Shown piece by piece: positions 19,556-29,430 of a stretch of DNA of 64,000 nucleotides. The stretch spans positions 8,780 through 72,779 of the forward strand of contig JBHJGN010000049.1 in the NCBI GenBank assembly GCA_050331735.1. Direction: 5' to 3'. The notes beneath the pieces were generated by a model that saw only the letters and a program-made list of their open reading frames with translations, had not been told where the DNA came from and ran no database searches. The position numbers and the translations under genes are program-made. The stretch comes from Cyanophyceae cyanobacterium (GTDB taxonomy: Bacteria > Cyanobacteriota > Cyanobacteriia > Cyanobacteriales > JBHJGN01). How positions within the stretch are numbered: position 1 is the stretch's first letter; the number at the start of each line of letters is the position of its first letter.

Positions 19556-20866
19556 ATGTCCAAATACGACTCCCATCTAAAATGTTCATTCTGCGGTAAG
19601 TCCCAGGAGCAGGTCCGTAAGTTGATTGCTGGTCCGGGAGTCTACATCTGTGATGAATGCGTTGAGCTTTGTAATGAAATTCTAGACGAGGAGTTGATCG
19701 ATGCTTCTCCCTCGGTTTCTTCAGTATCGCGGACAGAAGAACAGGGTCAGAAACGCCGTCATGGTCGCGGAATTTCCTTCAGTCAAATTCCTAAACCGAG
19801 AGAGATTAAAAAGTACCTCGACGAATACGTGATTGGTCAGGAGGATGCTAAGAAGGTGCTCTCGGTAGCGGTGTACAATCACTACAAGCGGCTGAGCTGT
19901 AACCAAGGGACCGCAGACGATGCTGTCGAACTGCAGAAGTCGAATATTCTACTCATCGGCCCAACTGGCTGTGGAAAAACCCTCCTGGCTCAAACCCTGG
20001 CCAAAATTCTCGATGTTCCCTTTGCCGTTGCCGACGCGACCACCCTTACAGAAGCCGGATACGTCGGAGAAGATGTTGAAAATATCTTGCTACGGCTGCT
20101 TCAGGTGGCAGATTTTGATGTCGAGGAAGCACAGCGAGGGATTATTTACATCGACGAAATTGACAAAATTGCTCGCAAGAGCGAAAACCCATCGATTACC
20201 CGCGATGTTTCTGGAGAAGGAGTGCAGCAGGCCCTCCTGAAGATGCTAGAGGGAACCGTCGCCAACGTTCCGCCTCAGGGAGGACGCAAGCATCCCTACC
20301 AAGACTGCATTCAAATTGACACTAGCAACATCTTGTTTGTCTGTGGCGGGGCTTTTGTCGGCTTAGATAAAGTGTTAGAGCAAAGAGCTGGCAAGAAATC
20401 GATGGGCTTTGTGCGTCCTGGAGAAGGAGCGAAGTGGTCAGCCGAAAAGCTGAACAATCTCCAGCCGGATGACTTGGTAAAATTTGGGATGATTCCCGAA
20501 TTTGTTGGTCGGATTCCGGTCATGGCGGCCCTATCGTCCCTCGACGAAGAAGCGCTGATGGCTATTCTGACCAAGCCCCGCAACGCTCTGGTGAAGCAGT
20601 ATCAGAAACTGCTCAAGATGGATAACGTCCAGCTAGAATTTAAAGCCGATGCCGTCCGGGCGATCGCACAAGAAGCCTATCGCCGCAGAACAGGAGCTAG
20701 AGCGCTCAGAGGGATTGTTGAAGAACTGATGCTGGAAGTGATGTACGAGTTGCCGTCCCGCAAAGATGTCCGTCGCTGCCTGATTACGAAAGAAATGGTC
20801 GAGAAACGTTCGACTGCTGAACTACTGCTTCATCCCTCTTCCTTGCCTAAGCAAGAATCAGCCTAG
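19556..20866 (+). CDS. clpX: ATP-dependent Clp protease ATP-binding subunit ClpX
   Basis: CSFCGK...CDEC zinc finger, Walker [17 protein letters not shown] and [13 protein letters not shown]. Confidence 0.97.
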   Translation: MSKYDSHLKCSFCGKSQEQVRKLIAGPGVYICDECVELCNEILDEELIDASPSVSSVSRTEEQGQKRRHGRGISFSQIPKPREIKKYLDEYVIGQEDAKKVLSVAVYNHYKRLSCNQGTADDAVELQKSNILLIGPTGCGKTLLAQTLAKILDVPFAVADATTLTEAGYVGEDVENILLRLLQVADFDVEEAQRGIIYIDEIDKIARKSENPSITRDVSGEGVQQALLKMLEGTVANVPPQGGRKHPYQDCIQIDTSNILFVCGGAFVGLDKVLEQRAGKKSMGFVRPGEGAKWSAEKLNNLQPDDLVKFGMIPEFVGRIPVMAALSSLDEEALMAILTKPRNALVKQYQKLLKMDNVQLEFKADAVRAIAQEAYRRRTGARALRGIVEELMLEVMYELPSRKDVRRCLITKEMVEKRSTAELLLHPSSLPKQESA

Positions 20867-20960
20867 AAGGGAGCGGTTGCCGCTTGATAGTGCTGAGTGT
20901 GAGAAGAGAGTGCTGAGTTATCCGTGACCCGGTTAATCACTTACTGGTCACTGCTTACGA

Positions 20961-21836
20961 ATGAAGATGTCTAAGTTAACTGTACGCGGTGTCGATCATT
21001 ACTACGAGTGGATTCGACAGCCAGAACGCGAGAATCAGAAGCCAGTCATGGTGTTTATTCATGGCTGGGGAGGGTCGGCACGATACTGGGAGAGTACCGC
21101 GCAAGCCCTGTGCGCTCAATTTGACTGTCTGCTGTACGATCTCAGAGGATTTGGTCGCTCTTTATTATCGGACAAAACATCGGCGAGCTACGAACTGGAA
21201 ACCTATGCGGAGGACTTGGCGGCTCTACTGACGGCTCTTAACTTAGAGACGGTGTACATTAATGCCCATTCAATGGGAGCTTCCATCGCGACTCTATTTC
21301 TCAATCTCTATCCTCATCATGTTCACCGAGCCATTTTAACCTGTAGCGGAATTTTTGAGTACGACGAAAAAGCGTTTGCTGCCTTCTACAAGTTTGGCGG
21401 TTACGTGGTGAAATTTCGCTATCGGTGGTTTCTCAATCTCCCTTTTATGGACCGGATGTTTATGGCGCGGTTTCTGCATCGACCCATCAGAGGCCAAGAA
21501 CGACGAGCGTTTTTAGAGGATTTTCTGGTCGCTGACTACGAAGCGGCTCTCAACACGATTTTCACCTCAGTAAGCAAGCAAGCCGTCGAAGTGATGCCCA
21601 AGGAATTTGCGAAAATTCAGGTGCCGACTCTATTAGTGGCCGGAGAAAAAGATATTATTATTCCTGCCAAGATGGGGCGACAGGCCGCAGCGCTCAGTGA
21701 GAATATTGAGTACGTCGAGATAGCTAAAACGGCTCACTTTCCGATGCTAGAGGATGCTTCGACTTATCTAAGCATCGTGCGCGAGTTTTTGGGGGTGAGC
21801 GAGGAGCCGCATGACCGACAATCTGAGTCAGAGTAG
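20961..21836 (+). CDS. Alpha/beta-fold hydrolase
   Basis: FIHGWGG, YDLRGFGRS, nucleophile elbow AHSMG, GEKD and AHFPMLE. Confidence 0.88.
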   Translation: MKMSKLTVRGVDHYYEWIRQPERENQKPVMVFIHGWGGSARYWESTAQALCAQFDCLLYDLRGFGRSLLSDKTSASYELETYAEDLAALLTALNLETVYINAHSMGASIATLFLNLYPHHVHRAILTCSGIFEYDEKAFAAFYKFGGYVVKFRYRWFLNLPFMDRMFMARFLHRPIRGQERRAFLEDFLVADYEAALNTIFTSVSKQAVEVMPKEFAKIQVPTLLVAGEKDIIIPAKMGRQAAALSENIEYVEIAKTAHFPMLEDASTYLSIVREFLGVSEEPHDRQSESE

Positions 21837-21924
21837 TTATAGTGATGAAGGAACTTGTTTCACTTCAGTCAGCGTTGAGGAGAAACAACCGCCAACCAGC
21901 GACTAGCCAGCAGACACGAAGACA

Positions 21925-23319
21925 ATGCCGCCAAGCGCCACTGCCCGAAACTATGAACGTAAAGAGCTAGACGTTAATTTAGCTCTGGTTTTAGCGATCG
22001 CCTCAGGAATGACGGTCGGGATTTACGTCCTGCTCGTGCCCGCGAGAGAGTCCTATCTGGGAATACTGCTCTACGAACGGGGATTCACTCAGTACGTTGT
22101 TGTTTTCCTCGCCTGCTTGGTCATTGTTCTCAGTGCGCTAAAGTATTATAAACTTTCCAAAGAAGCTCGTATTCTGCGGCAAAGCTGGTTTCCCGATACC
22201 GTTTCCTTTAGTGAACCCAGTTCCCCACAGCTCCTCAACTTACAGAAGAATTTGGCCCTCAGCAAAAGCGTTATCGCCATTCGCTGTAGCCGCATTATCG
22301 CTGCCTATCGCCATTCCGGTAGTCGCCAAACGGCAGCCGATTTGGCCCTAGACGACTCCTCCTTTTACCTGAGCGCTTCCGAATCGTCCTATACCCTGCC
22401 GCGCGTTCTAGTCGGGATGATTCCGATCCTCGGCTTCATTGGTACCGTCATCGGTATTACCCAGGCGGTGACAGGATTTTCTAGCTTTTTAGAAGAAGCG
22501 GGCGAAATCGAACAAATCAGAGCCGGAATTAGCACCGTTACCAGTGGATTGGCCACCGCTTTTGATACTACTCTGCTGGCTCTACTCCTGAGCGTTCTGG
22601 TCACGATTCCGCTTGCCATCGTCGAACGGCTTGAATCTCGCTTACTGCTGTCTATTGATATCTATATCAATGACCAAATTCTGCCGAGACTCAAAGTCAA
22701 ATCCGACGAAGATACCGCAACCGCAGCTACTGTCCATCAAGCGGTGAGCGAGGCGGTTCAAGAACATTTCCCAGCGCCAGAAGCGCTGATTGAACCAGCC
22801 CGCGAGTATGCTCAACAAGCCGCCAGGGAATTAGCCGCCAGCTTTGTCGCGGAAATTGGTAAAGTCCAGGAAGTCAGCGCCACTTTATTAGAGCAAATGA
22901 GTCAGGCCAATCAGCAGTCCTGGCAGGATCGCCAAGAATTTATGGGAGCGTTGGCTACGCAGCAGCAAACGACAAAAGATTTGGTGCTGGATGTTCAAAG
23001 CATCATGAATGAAGTGAAAGCGAGCTATGCTTCTATTTCTATTGAACTCACCGGTCAATCGGAACAGATTGGCGCTCAGCTCGAGAAAGCCGCCAACGCT
23101 CTCGAAACGCGCATTGCGGCTTTAGAGGCCAGTACGGCAAGAGTCGGAGAATTTGCCCAGCTTCAGCAGAATCTTGAGCAAAGTCTGCGCTCCTTAGAGC
23201 AGGCGGCACAGCTCGAACACGTTCTGGTGGAGGTCAGGAGCAGCTTAGCCCAGCTCAAGCCGGTGTTAGAACAGCTCAGCAAGCCTCGCCGAATCATGCT
23301 GATGGAAGACGAGAGGTAA
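21925..23319 (+). CDS. MotA/TolQ/ExbB-family proton-channel protein with long helical C-terminal tail
   Basis: IPILGFIGTVIGI and GLATAFDTTLLAL TM motifs; roughly 200-aa A/Q/E/L-rich C-terminus. Confidence 0.8.
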   Translation: MPPSATARNYERKELDVNLALVLAIASGMTVGIYVLLVPARESYLGILLYERGFTQYVVVFLACLVIVLSALKYYKLSKEARILRQSWFPDTVSFSEPSSPQLLNLQKNLALSKSVIAIRCSRIIAAYRHSGSRQTAADLALDDSSFYLSASESSYTLPRVLVGMIPILGFIGTVIGITQAVTGFSSFLEEAGEIEQIRAGISTVTSGLATAFDTTLLALLLSVLVTIPLAIVERLESRLLLSIDIYINDQILPRLKVKSDEDTATAATVHQAVSEAVQEHFPAPEALIEPAREYAQQAARELAASFVAEIGKVQEVSATLLEQMSQANQQSWQDRQEFMGALATQQQTTKDLVLDVQSIMNEVKASYASISIELTGQSEQIGAQLEKAANALETRIAALEASTARVGEFAQLQQNLEQSLRSLEQAAQLEHVLVEVRSSLAQLKPVLEQLSKPRRIMLMEDER

Positions 23320-23323
23320 ACCA

Positions 23324-23779
23324 ATGCGGAGGCAACGGATATCTCGACCGGCCACTCGAATAGACCTATTTCCGTTTCTGTCAATTCTGGCCTGTACGAT
23401 TGGCACCCTCATTCTGCTCATTATTGTGATTACCACTCAAACCTTTGGCAGCTCTCGCGAAGTTACCATCGTTGCTGAGAGCGAGTCAGGGGTTAACCAA
23501 ACAAAATCTCCGCGGTATATTGAGTGCCGCGAGGATGGCGTGGTGCTTCATCCGAGTCTAGAGTTTGTGCCCCAGGAACAGATCGACCAGCCTAACTCAG
23601 CCCTGACCGAGTTAATTGTTGAAGTCAGCAACAACCGCGACTCTGAGTACCTAATTGTTGCTGTTCGTCCTGACGGCATTGAGGTGTTTCAAGAAGTAAG
23701 AGAGCTGATCGAGCAACAAGGCATTGACATTGGCTACGAACCCATCGACCAAAACTGGAAGCTCAAAATTCAGGAATAG
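23324..23779 (+). CDS. ExbD/TolR-like single-TM partner 1 (Ser at the expected Asp position)
   Basis: Basic N-terminus, IDLFPFLSILACTIGTL TM, C-terminal YLIVAVRPDG...G.DIGYEP; starts 4 nt after the MotA-like gene. Confidence 0.6.
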   Translation: MRRQRISRPATRIDLFPFLSILACTIGTLILLIIVITTQTFGSSREVTIVAESESGVNQTKSPRYIECREDGVVLHPSLEFVPQEQIDQPNSALTELIVEVSNNRDSEYLIVAVRPDGIEVFQEVRELIEQQGIDIGYEPIDQNWKLKIQE

Positions 23780-23796
23780 AGCCGCAGGAGAGACCC

Positions 23797-24501
23797 GTGA
23801 GAAGAAGACGACAGCGACAAACAATTTATCCCAGCCAGAACCTAGACTCGTTTTTAGATATTCTCACCAATACAGTTGGGGTACTAATGTTTATCGGTCT
23901 GTTCGTCGCCCTGGTTTCTGCGGAAGCTGGCAATATTATTCAAACGCCGCTCGTGACGAATAGCGCTAAATTTCCGCATTTTTTTGAGGTGAGAGATGAC
24001 CAGGTTGTCTATGTCGATCATCAAACAATCGATCAACAGGTCGATCGATTGCTAGCCTCTTTGCCTGCCTGTCGCCGGCCTGAAGATACTTTCTCAGATG
24101 CAGATTCGTATTTCTACGAATACTATATTCAGCAAATGCAGCAGTATAATAACTGCCTGCAAAACAAGATAGAACAGCTAGAAACGATTCGGTTTGAAAC
24201 CGCTCACTACCGGGTCAAGTTTGTCAATCTCGATTCATTACTGTACGAGCCAATAGAGTCAGCCCCAGGAGAAACTCCCGAAGAGCTGTCTCAAAAGGGT
24301 TCAGAGTTTAGCACGATTTTGAAGCAGCTAGATCCGATCAATGATTATCTAGCGTTTGTGGTGAGGCCCGATAGTTTTGATGCGTTTAGAAAAGCGAGAG
24401 CCCAGGCTAGACGAGCTGGGTTTGAAGTTGGCTGGGAGCCGTATCAAGAGGAAACTCCGATTGTCTTTGGCTCTGGTGGTCGCTCGATTGGAGTCCAGTA
24501 A
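23797..24501 (+). CDS. ExbD/TolR-like single-TM partner 2
   Basis: GTG start with AGGAG RBS; RRRR N-terminus, NLDSFLDILTNTVGVL TM containing Asp, C-terminal YLAFVVRPDS...GFEVGWEP. Confidence 0.62.
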   Translation: MRRRRQRQTIYPSQNLDSFLDILTNTVGVLMFIGLFVALVSAEAGNIIQTPLVTNSAKFPHFFEVRDDQVVYVDHQTIDQQVDRLLASLPACRRPEDTFSDADSYFYEYYIQQMQQYNNCLQNKIEQLETIRFETAHYRVKFVNLDSLLYEPIESAPGETPEELSQKGSEFSTILKQLDPINDYLAFVVRPDSFDAFRKARAQARRAGFEVGWEPYQEETPIVFGSGGRSIGVQ

Positions 24502-24587
24502 AGCAGTAACCAGCAACCAGTGGATTAGAGCAACTAATTGGGTCACTGGTAATGAAGCACAGTCGCTGGACACTCAGCACTACTAGC

Positions 24588-25367
24588 TTATTCCTCAATG
24601 CTGACTCGCTGTGTCACAATCGTCATGCCGTCTGCTCGGACTAAAACCGCTGACAGCCAGCGATCGCCAGGTTCGTCCGGGGCGTTGACAAGCTTAAAAA
24701 TGCCTCCGGCAGGCAGAATATCTAACTCTAGAGTGCTGGGGTCGAAGTAGCGATCGCTCGCCGTTAGTTCCTCGGTAGCGGCTCCGAGGAGGACATCGTT
24801 CCCCAACGGTTTGTCCACAATGACATCAAAATTAAACTGCTCTCCCGACTGCACTTGCTCGGGGAGGTTGACCCAGACCTGCGGCGGGTTGTCCCCAGAA
24901 GATAGCTGCGTCTGCTCTGCCAAAGTTTCCTGCCGGACGAGCTTGAGGTCTCTAAAGTACTGGCGCGAGCGAATCGTCGAATCGAGCCGGGTGCTTCTCC
25001 CGTTGCTATTGCCCGTGCCGCGAATCACCGTCACGGTGTCTGCCACCAACTCATTTCCTTCCCGTTCCCAGGACTGAAGCTCGGTGGTATAGGTCAAGTC
25101 AGGGTAACGCTCCCAAAGCTGGGTAAGGGCTTGAAATAGAGCAGAGCTGCTCATGCCTTCGGCGGTGGTAAAATTCGGACTGTAGAACCCGCCAATCGCC
25201 TCGACATCCTGGCTATTGGCGGCAGCTTCGAGTTGAGCGATGGTCTGCTGCAGTTCTTCAGGAGCCGTCTGGGGAGGCTCAGCGACAGCAACGCTACACG
25301 ATAACGAGGCTCCTAAGCCCAAGCAAAACAGCTTGAGCTTAGAAAATTTGGAAGTGGCATTACGCAT
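24588..25367 (-). CDS. Secreted NTF2/SnoaL-like domain protein
   Basis: Signal peptide; AAANSQDVEAIGGFYSPNF helix-strand pattern typical of NTF2-like folds; second beta domain. Confidence 0.6.
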   Translation of the reverse strand: MRNATSKFSKLKLFCLGLGASLSCSVAVAEPPQTAPEELQQTIAQLEAAANSQDVEAIGGFYSPNFTTAEGMSSSALFQALTQLWERYPDLTYTTELQSWEREGNELVADTVTVIRGTGNSNGRSTRLDSTIRSRQYFRDLKLVRQETLAEQTQLSSGDNPPQVWVNLPEQVQSGEQFNFDVIVDKPLGNDVLLGAATEELTASDRYFDPSTLELDILPAGGIFKLVNAPDEPGDRWLSAVLVRADGMTIVTQRVSIEE

Positions 25368-25461
25368 TAGTGGTAGTTTGAATAACTGCTAGTCTATTGT
25401 TGACATAAGAAGGCTAGTATCTACCTATTCTAAACCCAGACCCAATCATTCTTAGTGCATA

Positions 25462-26532
25462 ATGCGACTACTCATTGCCGCGAGCGGAACTGGCGGTCAC
25501 CTATTTCCGGCCCTGGCCCTGGCTCAACAACTAGACGATTCGATCGAATGGCTTGGCGTTCCTGACCGTTTGGAACAAACTCTCGTTCCGGAGTGCTACC
25601 CGCTGCATACTGTCCCCGTTGAAGGGTTGCAGACGCGGCTAAGCTTCGGTGCTTTGCCAGTCTTCTGGCGGTTTTTGACCTCAATTTTTAAAGTCCGTCA
25701 GCTTCTCAAAGACCGAAAAATTGATGCGGTATTGACGACAGGAGGGTACATCGCCGGTCCGGCTATTCTGGCGGCTCGCCTAGAGCGGATTCCGGTCGTG
25801 CTGCACGAATCTAACTTCATTCCTGGCAAAATGACGCGCCTGTTTGGTTCTCTCTGTAGTGCGATCGCTCTCGGCTTTGCCGGAACCGCTCAGTATCTGA
25901 AAAATTCCCACACCGTTTGGGTGGGAACTCCGGTGCGCTCTCAGTTTTTAAGTCAGTCTTCTCTAGAGCTACCCGTGCCTACAGAGGTGCCTTTGATTGT
26001 CGTCGTTGGCGGTTCCCAAGGAGCGCTTGCCGTCAATCAGTTGGTGCGGCAGTGTGCCCCGGCGTGGTTTGCAGCCGGAGCATGGGTCGTCCATTTAACC
26101 GGAGAGAATGACCCCGAGGCCAAGAGTCTGCAACATCGGCAGTATTTATCGATGCCTTTTTATCACCAGATGGCCGGTCTGCTCCAGAGAGCCGATTTAG
26201 CCATTAGTCGGGCGGGTGCGGGAACCTTAACCGAATTGGCGGTGACGCAAACGCCTGCTATTCTAATTCCCTATCCATTTGCCGCAGAAGACCATCAGGC
26301 TTATAATGCTCAGGTTTTTGCCGACGCCGGAGCGGCGCTGATGTATCGCCAGGAGCAACTGACCCCAGAACTGCTAACCAGAAAGGTGTTAGAGCTGCTG
26401 CCAGCGCAGGACACCCCAGGAGATGCTCCTCATCAGCTACAGACAATGGCTCAAAAAGCTGCTTCGCTTGCTGTAACAGATAGTGCTCAACAGTTAGCGA
26501 CGCTAGTGCGTCAAACTGTTGAGCAGGGCTGA
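25462..26532 (+). CDS. murG: Lipid II GlcNAc transferase MurG
   Basis: ASGTGGHLFP, TGGYIAGP, HESN, GGSQGA, SRAGAGT and PYPFAAEDHQ motifs. Confidence 0.96.
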   Translation: MRLLIAASGTGGHLFPALALAQQLDDSIEWLGVPDRLEQTLVPECYPLHTVPVEGLQTRLSFGALPVFWRFLTSIFKVRQLLKDRKIDAVLTTGGYIAGPAILAARLERIPVVLHESNFIPGKMTRLFGSLCSAIALGFAGTAQYLKNSHTVWVGTPVRSQFLSQSSLELPVPTEVPLIVVVGGSQGALAVNQLVRQCAPAWFAAGAWVVHLTGENDPEAKSLQHRQYLSMPFYHQMAGLLQRADLAISRAGAGTLTELAVTQTPAILIPYPFAAEDHQAYNAQVFADAGAALMYRQEQLTPELLTRKVLELLPAQDTPGDAPHQLQTMAQKAASLAVTDSAQQLATLVRQTVEQG

Positions 26533-26567
26533 AGGAAAGAGAAATGTTGAAAAAGGGCTAGGTCTGA

Positions 26568-28583
26568 TTATTCATAGGCTTTGACAGAGGCTGACAGTTT
26601 CTGTCGCTGTCGCTTGAGCATGGTACTGATGCCAAAACCAGCGAGCATCAGCAGACTAACAACCGCCGAAGGTTCGGGAACAGTAGTGGGTTGAGGGTCA
26701 GAAGGATAAGGGTTGTCCACTAAGTTTGTCAACCCAGAACCATCGGCTTCTACCCCAATTTCAGCGATAAAATCCTGGAAATAGCTGTCTAGAAAGTCTG
26801 CCATTTCCTCATCAGCGGGGGAGCGATCGCTCGGACTATCTGGCACGACCTCTAAGTTATTTAAGGTTGTCCCTGAACCGCTAAACTCTTGTAATTCCCC
26901 GGATGCAGCGTCTAGTTTCGTTAACCAAGTATCAAAAGACCCGACGTTCGTTGCTCCTAAAGATCCCCCGGTGATTCCGGTCGCGTATAGGTTGCCAGCG
27001 TTGTCTGCCGTAATGCCGTAGGCTTGCTCCAGTTCAGCCGTGCCAAACTGCTGGATCCAAGCCTGATTGCCATCGGTATCAAAGAGAGTCGCCCAAGCAT
27101 CGAAAGAGCCAGCATTGTCTCCCTCTAAGCTACTGTTGGTATAGCCGGTGAGGAAAATATTGTCGTCGGCATCGATGAACAGGTCAAAGGGTTCGTCGTC
27201 GCCGGAAGTGCCAAACTGTTGAATCCACTGCTGGTTTCCCAACTCGTCATACTTAATCAGCCAGACATCATAGGAGCCAGCATTATCGCCCCCTAAGTTG
27301 CCCAAAGTCCAGCCGGTCGCATAGACGTTCCCTTCGCTGTCGGTATCCACTCCCCAGGCCCACTCGTAATCCGTCGTACCGAACTGCTGAATCCAGTTTA
27401 AGTTGCCATCGTTATCTAGCTGAGACACCCAGGTATCGTAGAGTCCGGCGTTTTCTCCTTCTAGGTCGCCATAGGTCCAGCCAGTGGCATAAACATTACC
27501 ATCGCTACCAACCGTCACTCCATAGGATTCGTCGTAGTCTTCGACCCCAGGCACATCAGGAGTTCCAAAGAGGGTCAGCCACTGGCGGTTGCCGTTGGTG
27601 TCATATTTGGCGACGATAACATCGTCGGTGGCAATATCTGCCGACGCTTCAACCCTTGTTCCCGAGACGTAGGCATTGCCCTCCTGGTCAACGTCAATGC
27701 TAAAGGTTTGCTCAATGACTTCTTCCCCAAACTGCTCTAGCCACTGCTGATTGCCATCGCCGTCGAATTTACCGATCCAGGCATCGTAGACTTCGGCTTG
27801 CCGGGGGCTGGCCAACTCGCCTTGGGTAATTCCGGTGAGAAAGAAGTTGCCTTGGTCGTCGGTGGCAATGTCGTAAGCGGTGTCGAAGCGGGAACTCCCA
27901 AACTGTTTCGCCCAAAGCTGATTGCCTTGGTTATCGTATTTAGCAACCAGCACATCCCGCAGCCCAGAGTTTTCTTCGACTGCACCATTTGTCCCTCCTG
28001 CTATATAAATATTGCCTTCGGGATCGGTTGCCGTACCGAGACTGAGATCGTAATCTGTTGACCCTAATTGCTGCGCCTGATTCAAGACTGGTCCGGGGGG
28101 GGGAGACTCTCCTTCATATTGAAAGGAGTTACTCTCCAGGTCGAGATTAGACCCTCCGAGAATAAAGCCGACCACATCAGGGACATCCTGTTGCAGATAT
28201 ACGGCTGAACCGACTCCAACCTCTAAAAGTTGGTAATTATTTGAAGTTCCATGAAGCTCAACGGTATCCTCTCCGGCATTAAAGTCGGCAATAAAACCAA
28301 AGTTGTTTAAACCAAAGCTGTCTGGATTCCCGTTCGCGTAATAGGGTTGGGTCCAGTCACCAAGGACAAACGTATCATTCCAGGTTCGGAAAGCCGGGTC
28401 TTCAAAAGCAAGGTCGCCGAGGAAAATATCTACCTGGAGCTCGTTGGGATTAGCAGGCATAGATTGCTCGCCGAGAAAGGTGTCGTTACCAGTTCGACCG
28501 TAGATAATTTGACTAGGCACAAAGCCTGCGGCCACGTCGCTACCTGGATTGTAGGTTTGGACGGTAAATAGTTCTTCTTCCAT
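26568..28583 (-). CDS. CylK/BrtB-like alkylating enzyme (Ca-binding beta-roll + SBBP beta-propeller) with C-terminal PEP-CTERM anchor
   Basis: N-domain IIYGRTGND, VDIFLGD, WNDTFVLGDWTQPYY, DFNAGEDTVELHG; about seven W..QFG(S/T)...D..GN.Y..G.T.G.L...NAG.YD.W repeats; VPEP-TM-basic tail. AAGGAG RBS; in-frame stop upstream of the ATG. CylK likeness is from recalled sequence. Confidence 0.75.
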   Translation of the reverse strand: MEEELFTVQTYNPGSDVAAGFVPSQIIYGRTGNDTFLGEQSMPANPNELQVDIFLGDLAFEDPAFRTWNDTFVLGDWTQPYYANGNPDSFGLNNFGFIADFNAGEDTVELHGTSNNYQLLEVGVGSAVYLQQDVPDVVGFILGGSNLDLESNSFQYEGESPPPGPVLNQAQQLGSTDYDLSLGTATDPEGNIYIAGGTNGAVEENSGLRDVLVAKYDNQGNQLWAKQFGSSRFDTAYDIATDDQGNFFLTGITQGELASPRQAEVYDAWIGKFDGDGNQQWLEQFGEEVIEQTFSIDVDQEGNAYVSGTRVEASADIATDDVIVAKYDTNGNRQWLTLFGTPDVPGVEDYDESYGVTVGSDGNVYATGWTYGDLEGENAGLYDTWVSQLDNDGNLNWIQQFGTTDYEWAWGVDTDSEGNVYATGWTLGNLGGDNAGSYDVWLIKYDELGNQQWIQQFGTSGDDEPFDLFIDADDNIFLTGYTNSSLEGDNAGSFDAWATLFDTDGNQAWIQQFGTAELEQAYGITADNAGNLYATGITGGSLGATNVGSFDTWLTKLDAASGELQEFSGSGTTLNNLEVVPDSPSDRSPADEEMADFLDSYFQDFIAEIGVEADGSGLTNLVDNPYPSDPQPTTVPEPSAVVSLLMLAGFGISTMLKRQRQKLSASVKAYE

Positions 28584-29430
28584 CTTTCGCTCCTTCGTTT
28601 AAATCTGATTAAGAAAAGTCGGTATTTTGGCCAAAAAAATGGGATGAGGCGCTTTTGTGTGGTTTGCTCTTTTAAGCAAAGCCTTAATAATGTTTCAAAT
28701 AACCACAGCAAACTTATCCTGCTTCTCCCCTGAAGCAAATACGCATGGATGCGTTGGTAGCAATCGAAGCTACGGGTGTTGCTGAAGTCGGTTCGTGCCT
28801 CGTTAAGAGTCAGCGCGCTTCTATATATAGTGCTATCTTGAAGTCTTCTTCGCCGTTGGTATCTTCGCGTACAGTCACCAGGGCGGCGATCGCTTTTACT
28901 AGTAGAATCAAACTAAGCAGCGAGCAGCTTAACTGCTAGTTCCGTTAAGCTCAAGCGCTTGAGAATTAGCGGCTCCGGTATCAGGCGAAACTGGTTTCTA
29001 CTATTGCTTACTATCCGCTTATTTAAGCAAGACTAAACTAGCGCCGAATTGCCTAAAAAGACTGGCTCCTTTAGCGTTTTATCAGCACGTCAGCACTAGT
29101 GATGGTGTTTCTAACGACTTGAAGCCAACCTTTAGCTGTTGCCGGACAAAAAAGGTGAAAGAAAGCAGATTAAGCATGATGTTTTTCTCCTGTAATATTG
29201 CATTCGCAGGGTGTTTTTGAAATCCTCAACGAATGGAAATGCAATCTACAGTATTCATAACTTCTATCTCGCTCAGCGCACAAGTCGCTTTTGTCAGGTA
29301 GTTGTTTTTGTTTAGCTTGTTTATACTACTCTATTTATGCGACTTGCCTCTTCAGAGCTTCGCGATAAACTAACAATTACACTGAATTTTTTTTCACGCT
29401 GACTGTCGATTACACTCAAATTTTTCTTAG

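Noticed and set aside
21925..24501. Zorya anti-phage system
   Set aside because: The long-tailed MotA-like protein is suggestive, but neither partner has an OmpA-like peptidoglycan-binding domain and no ZorC/D/E-like genes are adjacent.
26900..28080. CRISPR array or DNA tandem repeat
   Set aside because: The recurring sequence is degenerate protein-level propeller repeats in an open frame. No identical repeats with unique spacers and no cas genes were seen in the window.
28430..28939. Short ORFs 28430-28738 (-) and 28745-28939 (+)
   Set aside because: No recognisable motifs. The first overlaps the propeller gene in another frame and does not supply a credible signal peptide.
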